In this document: positions 58,034 through 64,000 of the stretch, one piece after another
How the letters are laid out: the number at the start of each line of letters is the position of its first letter
How positions within the stretch are numbered: the first letter of the stretch is position 1
The notes under the pieces: generated by a model
Told to the model about the DNA's origin: nothing
The model's database searches: none
The model's input: the letters and a program-made list of their open reading frames with translations, nothing else
Translations under genes and position numbers: made by a program
NCBI GenBank assembly: GCA_003598025.1
Contig: QZKH01000003.1
Location: forward strand, 42,048 to 106,047
DNA: 64,000 nt
Origin: Candidatus Omnitrophota bacterium
GTDB lineage: Bacteria; Omnitrophota; Gorgyraeia; Gygaellales; Profunditerraquicolaceae
Direction: 5' to 3'

Positions 58034-58849
58034 GAAGCCTTAAAATCATACCTCAAAGATATAAGAAGCATACGGCTTTTGACTGCCGAAGATGAAGTCC
58101 GCCTTAGCAAAAGGGTTAAAAAAGGCGATGAGATGGCGCGTAAAGAGATGATCAGGGCCAACCTGCGCCTTGTAATAAACATAGCTAAGAGATATATGTA
58201 TTTAGGTATACCTTTGCTCGACCTGATAGAAGAAGGCAATCTTGGCTTAATGAAGGCCGTGGATAAATTTGACCATAAAAAAGGTTTCAGGTTTTCTACT
58301 TATGCTGCCTGGTGGATAAAACAGGCTATAACCCGCTCAATATCTGAGCAGGGTAAGACTATCAGGGTCCCTGTGTATATGAGTGAAATAATAAGCAAGT
58401 GGAAGAAGGCAAAGGAGCATCTTTCGCAGAAACTTAAGCGTATACCGAACGACGAAGAGATCGCAAAGAATATAAAACTGCCTAAGGATAAGATTGAACA
58501 GGTTAATTTCTGGCTCACCAGTTCTACTTCCTCCCTTGAGGCTCCGGTGGGTGATGATAATGATAATCAGGTAATGGACCTGGTTGAAGATAAGACAGCC
58601 ATATCCCCAGATTCTACTATAGAGCGTTTACTGGATAAGGAGAGGGTGGATAATTTGCTGGAGATTATGACTGACAGGGAGAGGAACATACTGGACATGC
58701 GTTTCGGGCTTGCGCAAGGCAAACCGCATACGCTTGCAGAAGTGGCTGGCAAACTAAAGATTTCAAGGGAAAGGGTCCGTCAGATAGAAGAAGCAGCGCT
58801 TAGAAAATTAAGAAGGTTTGTTGAACAGCAGGAAAAGGAGTTAAAATGA
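58031..58849 (+). CDS. RNA polymerase sigma-70 factor, RpoD/RpoS family (lacking region 1.1)
   Basis: ANLRLVINIAK, DLIEEGNLGL, GFRFSTYAAWWIKQAI, TIRVPV, TLAEV...SRERVRQIE. Confidence 0.93.
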   Translation: MEALKSYLKDIRSIRLLTAEDEVRLSKRVKKGDEMARKEMIRANLRLVINIAKRYMYLGIPLLDLIEEGNLGLMKAVDKFDHKKGFRFSTYAAWWIKQAITRSISEQGKTIRVPVYMSEIISKWKKAKEHLSQKLKRIPNDEEIAKNIKLPKDKIEQVNFWLTSSTSSLEAPVGDDNDNQVMDLVEDKTAISPDSTIERLLDKERVDNLLEIMTDRERNILDMRFGLAQGKPHTLAEVAGKLKISRERVRQIEEAALRKLRRFVEQQEKELK

Positions 58850-59370
58850 GCGGGGAATTTGATTTTAAGAAATATATCCGAGACATTCCCGATTTTCCCA
58901 AAAAAGGGATAATCTTTAAAGATATAACCACGCTTTTAAAAGATAAGAAAGCCTTTAAGGCGGCCGTAGAAATTATCGCCGATAAATTTAAGGGTAAAAA
59001 AATAGATATTGTTATGGCTGTTGAATCAAGAGGTTTTATCTTAGGGGCAGCTGTTGCCAACCGGCTTAATGCCGGCTTTGTCCCTGTCCGCAAAAAAGGC
59101 AAGCTTCCGTGGCAGACGATATCTGCAAGTTATGAGCTTGAATACGGCACGGATACGCTTGAGGTGCACAAAGATGCCTTAAAGAAGGGCGACAGAGTCT
59201 TATTAGTCGATGATTTAATAGCTACAGGCGGGACTGCCGGAGCGGTTATAGATTTAATTAAGCAGCTTGAAGGCAAGATCTGCGGTATTGCTTTTTTGAT
59301 TGAGTTGGCTTTTCTTAACGGAAAAGAAAAACTTAAAGGGTATCCGGTTTATTCTTTGATTAAATATTGA
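58846..59370 (+). CDS. apt: Adenine phosphoribosyltransferase
   Basis: PDFPKKGIIFKDIT, ESRGF, RKKGKLP, YELEYG, VDDLIATGGT. Confidence 0.97.
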   Translation: MSGEFDFKKYIRDIPDFPKKGIIFKDITTLLKDKKAFKAAVEIIADKFKGKKIDIVMAVESRGFILGAAVANRLNAGFVPVRKKGKLPWQTISASYELEYGTDTLEVHKDALKKGDRVLLVDDLIATGGTAGAVIDLIKQLEGKICGIAFLIELAFLNGKEKLKGYPVYSLIKY

Positions 59371-59372
59371 GT

Positions 59373-59486
59373 GTTCATAGTTCATTGTTCATAGTTCATA
59401 GAGCTGTCCTTACGTCCATGAACCTTGAACCATCAATTATGAACTAATCTATGAACCTTGAACTACCAACCATGAACTAATCCATG
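59373..59486. repeat. Family A element ending in the PHP gene ATG
   Basis: 51-bp identity to 51752-51802; right arm ends atgaactaatccATG. Confidence 0.92.
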
Positions 59487-60140
59487 TACAACCTCCATTC
59501 CCACACACTACTAAGCGACGGGGTGCTTCTTCCGTCAGAACTGGCAATGAGGCATTTTTCTCTCGGATATAAAGCCTTAGCCATAACAGACCATGTTGAT
59601 TACAGCAATATTGAGCATGTAACGGATTCCATTATCAGGTTTGTTAAGGCCTGGCCCAAAAACCTGGGTATAAAAGTATTATCGGGCATAGAATTGACAC
59701 ATCTGCCTTTAGAACAGGTAGGTTTATTAACTAAATACGCCAGAAAGAAAGGCATCCAGGTTATAGTGGCGCACGGCCAAACCCCGGCGGAGCCGGTTTT
59801 AAAAGGATTCAACCGCGCGGCAATAGAGGCTGGTATAGACATTCTGGCTCATCCCGGCCAAATCACGGAAGAAGAAGTTCTGCTTGCCAAAAAATTTGGT
59901 GTTTTCCTGGAAATAACCACCAGAAAAGGGCACAAGATAACAAACAGCCACGTGTTAAAAACGGCATTAAATGTCGGCGCAAAAATAATCGTTAATACTG
60001 ATTGCCATGCCCCCGAGGATATATTAGGCCGTGATGCGATGAATGTATTCTATGCTGAAACCGGTATTTCTGAAAATGAAATTAATAAAATAAACTCTGA
60101 TGTAGAAGAACATTTTTTCAATCAAAGGAGGAGGTGCTGA
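59484..60140 (+). CDS. PHP domain protein (histidinol-phosphatase-like)
   Basis: LHSHTLLSDG, AITDHVD, GIELTH, AHGQT, LAHPG, NTDCH. Confidence 0.85.
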   Translation: MYNLHSHTLLSDGVLLPSELAMRHFSLGYKALAITDHVDYSNIEHVTDSIIRFVKAWPKNLGIKVLSGIELTHLPLEQVGLLTKYARKKGIQVIVAHGQTPAEPVLKGFNRAAIEAGIDILAHPGQITEEEVLLAKKFGVFLEITTRKGHKITNSHVLKTALNVGAKIIVNTDCHAPEDILGRDAMNVFYAETGISENEINKINSDVEEHFFNQRRRC

Positions 60141-60598
60141 TGTTTCTCAGGCTGGGCTTAGCTGTTTTGATTTTGTTTTTATCCTTTACATTACCCGCTT
60201 GTTCAACAATGTCTAAAAGCAGCAATTTAAACGCCGATGGTATGCTGGAATCAGCAGCAACTTTTAAATTTGCCGATATTCCCGTGCCGGCAGGTTTCAA
60301 AATAGTACCGCAAGATTCCTATTCATTTGAATCTGGCGGTATCAGGGTGGGTGTTCTTAGGTATCAGGGTAAGGCTGACCCGGATGTAGTGATGGGTTTT
60401 TATAAAACTCAGATGCCTGCTTTAAACTGGAACCTGTTAAACGTGGTAGAGTTTGGGGATAGGATACTGAACTTTGACCGTCAAAATGAGACTTGTATAG
60501 TTGAGGTCAGGGCAAGGGGAAATAGCATAAAAATTACTGTTTCGCTGGGGCCAAAATCACAGCCTTTGGCGAAGAAATCAAAGCCTCCCTTAAAATAG
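60134..60598 (+). CDS. Hypothetical lipoprotein
   Basis: Lipobox-like LPAC; F.DIPVP.GF pattern; aaggagg RBS. Confidence 0.7.
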   Translation: MLMFLRLGLAVLILFLSFTLPACSTMSKSSNLNADGMLESAATFKFADIPVPAGFKIVPQDSYSFESGGIRVGVLRYQGKADPDVVMGFYKTQMPALNWNLLNVVEFGDRILNFDRQNETCIVEVRARGNSIKITVSLGPKSQPLAKKSKPPLK

Positions 60599-60618
60599 GC
60601 AGAAAATTCAAAAAACAC

Positions 60619-60647
60619 TTGACAAATAAGGGGTTGTGTGTTAAAAA
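60619..60647 (+). promoter_or_regulatory. Putative sigma70 promoter of porin gene
   Basis: TTGACA - 17 bp - TAAAAA, preceded by TG (extended -10). Confidence 0.55.
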
Positions 60648-60817
60648 AAATGAAATGGTTATACCACTGGAGATGACTTTAATCCAGGGCGAAACGGAGG
60701 TGAGAAAAAATAGCCTGAAGTCAGATCAAATTCCGGTGATATACTATAGAAGAAATTATCTAGGAACAACCTAATACCCTAGTTGATATATTTATTTTTT
60801 ATTAAAGGAGGAACAAA

Positions 60818-62263
60818 ATGAGTAAACGCTTAGTACTGGTTCTTGCGCTTGCATTTGTTTTCGGCGTTACTTTTTGTGCATACGCAGAAGTTCAGAATGT
60901 CAAAGTCAGCGGTGACCTTACCGTAATGGGTATATCCCGTAATGACCTGGACTTAACGAAAACAACTGGTGGCGGCGCAACAAGCAATGATGAACAGAAC
61001 AATTTTTCATCGATTGCAAGAGTAAGAATTGATGCCGACCTCACAGACAATGTAATGGCGACAATAAGGTTGATCAATGAGAGAGATTGGGACGGTGAAG
61101 ATACTACAACAACCGAAGCCAATAATATTGAAATTGATTTAGCCTATGCTACGATGAAGGAATTCTTGTATTCACCTTTATCGCTTACAATAGGCCGCCA
61201 GGAATTAAGGTATGGTAACGCATTAGTAGTTGGCGATCCTGATACCAACAACCTTGCCGCTGCATCAACATTGACCGCAGGCGATTTAAGTTTAAGAAAA
61301 TCGTTCGATGCAATTAAGGCAGTGTTGAATTATGATCCATTAACCGTTGATTTAGTTTATGCAAAGATTGACGAGAACACGATTAGAGGCGCAAATTCAA
61401 ACGATGATATTGACCTCTATGGTATTAATGCAAATTACGCATTAAACAAAGATACCACATTGGAAGGTTATATATTCTCCAAGCAAACCGGAAGCAATGC
61501 CACAAAATTCACTGCAGCTCAGAGAACTACAGGCGTCGCACTTGCTGATCCCGGCACAAAAGAAAATGATATCCATACCGTTGGTGTCAGGGTTGCTAAT
61601 ACATCTGTGAAGAATTTGATGGCACAATTAGAAGCAGCATTCCAGTTTGGTAAATACAACCCAGGTTATGACATCAATTCACAGAATGCAGCAGTTGAAG
61701 GCGACAGAAGAGCATATGCATTACAGGCTATAGCACACTATAACCTTATGGATATTGTCCCTTCAAGCTTAAGCAAGTATAAGCCGCAAGTAATGGGAAC
61801 CTATACATATTTGTCCGGTGAAAAGAACACAAGGACATCCGGAACTTATCATGGATGGGATCCAATGTTCGAAGACCAGACACCAGGCAGCCTTATTAAT
61901 GCCATATTTGGTTATTCTAACAGCCATACATTGGCTTTGACCGGTAAGGTAAATCCAATGGAAGATGTCGGCTTTAGAGTTGATTATGCAGCAGTCTGGT
62001 TAGATAAAAAATTCCCTGATACAGGCACTGCTACAGCCGGTTTCAACACCGTAAATATGAGAGGTGTTGCAGGCGCAAGCACATATACAATGACAGGAAA
62101 GAGATTTTTAGGCCAGGAATTAGATGCAACCTTGACCTATGATTATACCGAAGATGTCCAGTTTGGGCTTCGCAGCGGTATTTTCTTCCCTGGCGATGCA
62201 CTTCAGGGCAACAATGACAGGAACGCAACAGAGTTAATCGGTACAATGAAAGTTACTTTCTAA
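60818..62263 (+). CDS. Outer-membrane beta-barrel porin (alginate-export-like family)
   Basis: Signal peptide ending AYA, alternating beta-strands, IGRQEL.YG motif, C-terminal Phe; strong RBS. Confidence 0.75.
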   Translation: MSKRLVLVLALAFVFGVTFCAYAEVQNVKVSGDLTVMGISRNDLDLTKTTGGGATSNDEQNNFSSIARVRIDADLTDNVMATIRLINERDWDGEDTTTTEANNIEIDLAYATMKEFLYSPLSLTIGRQELRYGNALVVGDPDTNNLAAASTLTAGDLSLRKSFDAIKAVLNYDPLTVDLVYAKIDENTIRGANSNDDIDLYGINANYALNKDTTLEGYIFSKQTGSNATKFTAAQRTTGVALADPGTKENDIHTVGVRVANTSVKNLMAQLEAAFQFGKYNPGYDINSQNAAVEGDRRAYALQAIAHYNLMDIVPSSLSKYKPQVMGTYTYLSGEKNTRTSGTYHGWDPMFEDQTPGSLINAIFGYSNSHTLALTGKVNPMEDVGFRVDYAAVWLDKKFPDTGTATAGFNTVNMRGVAGASTYTMTGKRFLGQELDATLTYDYTEDVQFGLRSGIFFPGDALQGNNDRNATELIGTMKVTF

Positions 62264-62281
62264 GTATCGTTATGTAGTCAT

Positions 62282-62317
62282 AAACCCTCGGGAGAGCATA
62301 TCTCCCGGGGGTTTTTT
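62282..62317 (+). terminator. Intrinsic terminator after porin
   Basis: aaaccctcgggaga-gcata-tctcccgggggtttttt. Confidence 0.88.
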
Positions 62318-62322
62318 ATTAC

Positions 62323-62814
62323 CACGTCACAAAGTCACACGTCACAAAGTCACAATTATGGATAAAGGATACAAAAAACTTTTAGTTTGGCAGAAGGCAG
62401 ATGAATTAGCTTTACAAATTTATCTTGAGACAAAGCGATTCCCTAAAGATGAAATATATGGTGTTACTTCCCAATTAAGAAGAGCGGCTATCTCTGTCCC
62501 CACCAATATCGCTGAAGGCTCAGGTAGGCAAAACAAATCAGAATCTAAACAATTCATAAATATTTCTTTAGGCTCTTTAGCCGAAACCGAGTATTTATTA
62601 GAATTCTGTTTCCGTCTTAAATACTTAGATGAAGAAAATTTTAATAGGTTAGAAGAATTACGGAATGATGTTGGCGCCTTACTTTGGAATCTTTATAAAA
62701 GCTTTACGTAAAAGTAAAATAAGTTGTTTCTTTTTGCTTTTGTGACCAGCTGCTTTTGAATAGTCAATCGTTTTCTTAACTTTTGTGTCCTTGTGACCTT
62801 GTGTCCTTGTGACC
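62323..62814. mobile_element. Family B inverted-repeat element carrying a four-helix-bundle gene (putative)
   Basis: Left arm cacgtcacaaagtcacacgtcacaaagtcacaa ends 2 bp before the ATG; right arm ttttgtgtccttgtgaccttgtgtccttgtgacc at 62781-62814. Confidence 0.65.
62358..62711 (+). CDS. Four helix bundle protein (23S rRNA-IVP / Avd-like family)
   Basis: YKKLLVWQKA, FPKDEIYG.TSQLRRAAISVPTNIAEG.GR, F..IS.GSL.E family signature. Confidence 0.92.
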   Translation: MDKGYKKLLVWQKADELALQIYLETKRFPKDEIYGVTSQLRRAAISVPTNIAEGSGRQNKSESKQFINISLGSLAETEYLLEFCFRLKYLDEENFNRLEELRNDVGALLWNLYKSFT

Positions 62815-62828
62815 CATTACTTTATAGT

Positions 62829-64000
62829 ATGCTATATCTCTCTTTTATCTTCCACATGCACCAGCCTTATTACAAGGACATCCTGACACAGGAAAGCCCG
62901 GTTCCCTGGGTGCGGCTGCATGGCACCAAGGATTACCTGGATATGGTGGCAATATTAAAGAATTACCCTAAAATCCACCAAACATTTAATGTAGTTCCGT
63001 CGCTGCTTGAGCAAATAGATGATTATCTTAACCGCAATGTAAAAGACAAATACCTGCACTTATCATATAAAGAAGCAGCTGCGCTAACAAGCGAAGAGAA
63101 AAAATTCATCATTAATAATTTCTTCAGTATAAACAAAGAGAAGGTGATTTTATTTCATCCCCGATATTATGACCTATACCTTAAAAGGCAGAAGAACCAG
63201 GCTTTTAATACACAGGATTACCTTGATCTTCAGGTATGGTTTAATTTAGCATGGATAGACCCCACAACCCGTAATAGCTTTGAAGACTTAAAAAGAATAC
63301 TTGTCAAAGAAAGGTTCTTCACTGAAGAAGAAAAGCATCTTGTCCTGGATAAGCATCTTGAGATACTTGAAGAGATAATCCCGACTTACAAGAAATTTCT
63401 CGAATCCGGGCAGATTGAACTTACTACAAATCCGTATTATCATCCGATATTGCCTCTGCTTTGCAACACCAGGACAGCCAGGCAGGCCAACAGGAGGACA
63501 TTGCTGCCGGAATTAAACTTTCAATATCCCCAGGATGCAAAGTCCCAGGTTGATGAAGCAGTGAAATTCCATAAAGAGAAATTTGGAGTATTGCCTTTAG
63601 GTATGTGGCCTTCGGAAGAATCGGTTAGCGAGCGGATTGTCCCGGGCCTCATTGAATCCGGGATTAAATGGATAGTTACTGACGAAGCGATACTTTTTAA
63701 ATCATTAAAGCTTAAGAATAGGGATACAACGTTATTATACCAGCCGCATTTACTTAAAAGGAAATGCGGTAATCTCACAGTAATCTTTAGAGACAGGAAT
63801 CTTTCTGACCTGATAGGATTTAACTACAGTAATATGGATTCATCGGAGGCTGCCGAAGATTTCATGGCACACCTTAAGAACATTTCAACTGCTTTTAAGG
63901 ATAAAGATATACTTGTGACCATCGCCATGGATGGAGAGAATGCCTGGGAATATTTTAGGTATGACGGCCATGAATTTTTAAACGAGCTTTATTCCAGGTT
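62829..64000 (+). CDS. Glycoside hydrolase family 57 (amylopullulanase-like), truncated at window end; missing from ORF track
   Basis: MLYLSFIFHMHQPYY..., PWVRLHGTKDY, PSLLEQI, TNPYYHPILPLL, GMWPSE, IFRD..LSDLIGF, MDGENAWE. Confidence 0.92.
   Translation, partial: MLYLSFIFHMHQPYYKDILTQESPVPWVRLHGTKDYLDMVAILKNYPKIHQTFNVVPSLLEQIDDYLNRNVKDKYLHLSYKEAAALTSEEKKFIINNFFSINKEKVILFHPRYYDLYLKRQKNQAFNTQDYLDLQVWFNLAWIDPTTRNSFEDLKRILVKERFFTEEEKHLVLDKHLEILEEIIPTYKKFLESGQIELTTNPYYHPILPLLCNTRTARQANRRTLLPELNFQYPQDAKSQVDEAVKFHKEKFGVLPLGMWPSEESVSERIVPGLIESGIKWIVTDEAILFKSLKLKNRDTTLLYQPHLLKRKCGNLTVIFRDRNLSDLIGFNYSNMDSSEAAEDFMAHLKNISTAFKDKDILVTIAMDGENAWEYFRYDGHEFLNELYSR

Noticed and set aside
51748-59486. Family A repeats as a CRISPR array
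   Set aside because: No regularly spaced 25-40-bp repeats with unique spacers; copies are dispersed inverted heptamer arms, and there are no cas genes in the window.
62358-62711. Diversity-generating retroelement or 23S rRNA intervening sequence
   Set aside because: The protein is Avd/IVP-like, but no reverse transcriptase, TR/VR pair or rRNA sequence is present nearby.
49-63778. Numerous minus-strand and short alternative-frame ORFs in the track
   Set aside because: All are antisense or out-of-frame shadows of well-supported + strand genes or tRNAs (e.g. 6345-6542, 10817-11062, 57780-57980) and lack recognisable motifs.

Overview
Bacterial core-chromosome segment, roughly 40% GC by eye, with essentially all real genes on the + strand. 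The organism is an anaerobic diderm; gene content and the porin N-terminus suggest Ca. Omnitrophota/PVC, which is inference only. Housekeeping genes run ftsH-folP-cdaA-pdxJ-acpS-nnrD, tRNA-Thr/Tyr/Gly, a PAS kinase/receiver/thyA/PilZ block, gpsA, tRNA-Pro, hom-thrC-coaB-apgM-cstA-lysC-cimA-valS-nadC, uvrB-coaX, CIRCE-groESL, guaB-guaA-dnaE, HU-hisS-aspS-LysM-phoH-HD-ybeY-recO-panE, polX-apbE-nfnA-mgtE-nfnB-panB, glyQS-ppdK-tRNA-Arg-sigma70-apt-PHP, a porin, a four-helix-bundle protein and a GH57. The notable signal is in the non-coding DNA. Several families of 7/8-mer tandem-repeat arms form inverted-repeat elements in at least 11 intergenic sites, nest inside each other, supply start/stop codons and insert in frame into valS, nnrD and the apbE 5' end. 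One pair of arms brackets a four-helix-bundle (23S-IVP/Avd-like) gene, a candidate cargo-carrying copy of an undescribed mobile repeat system. A second family of G.A-mismatch hairpins sits between duplicated gene ends (tRNA-Thr 3', tRNA-Pro 5', cimA 3').
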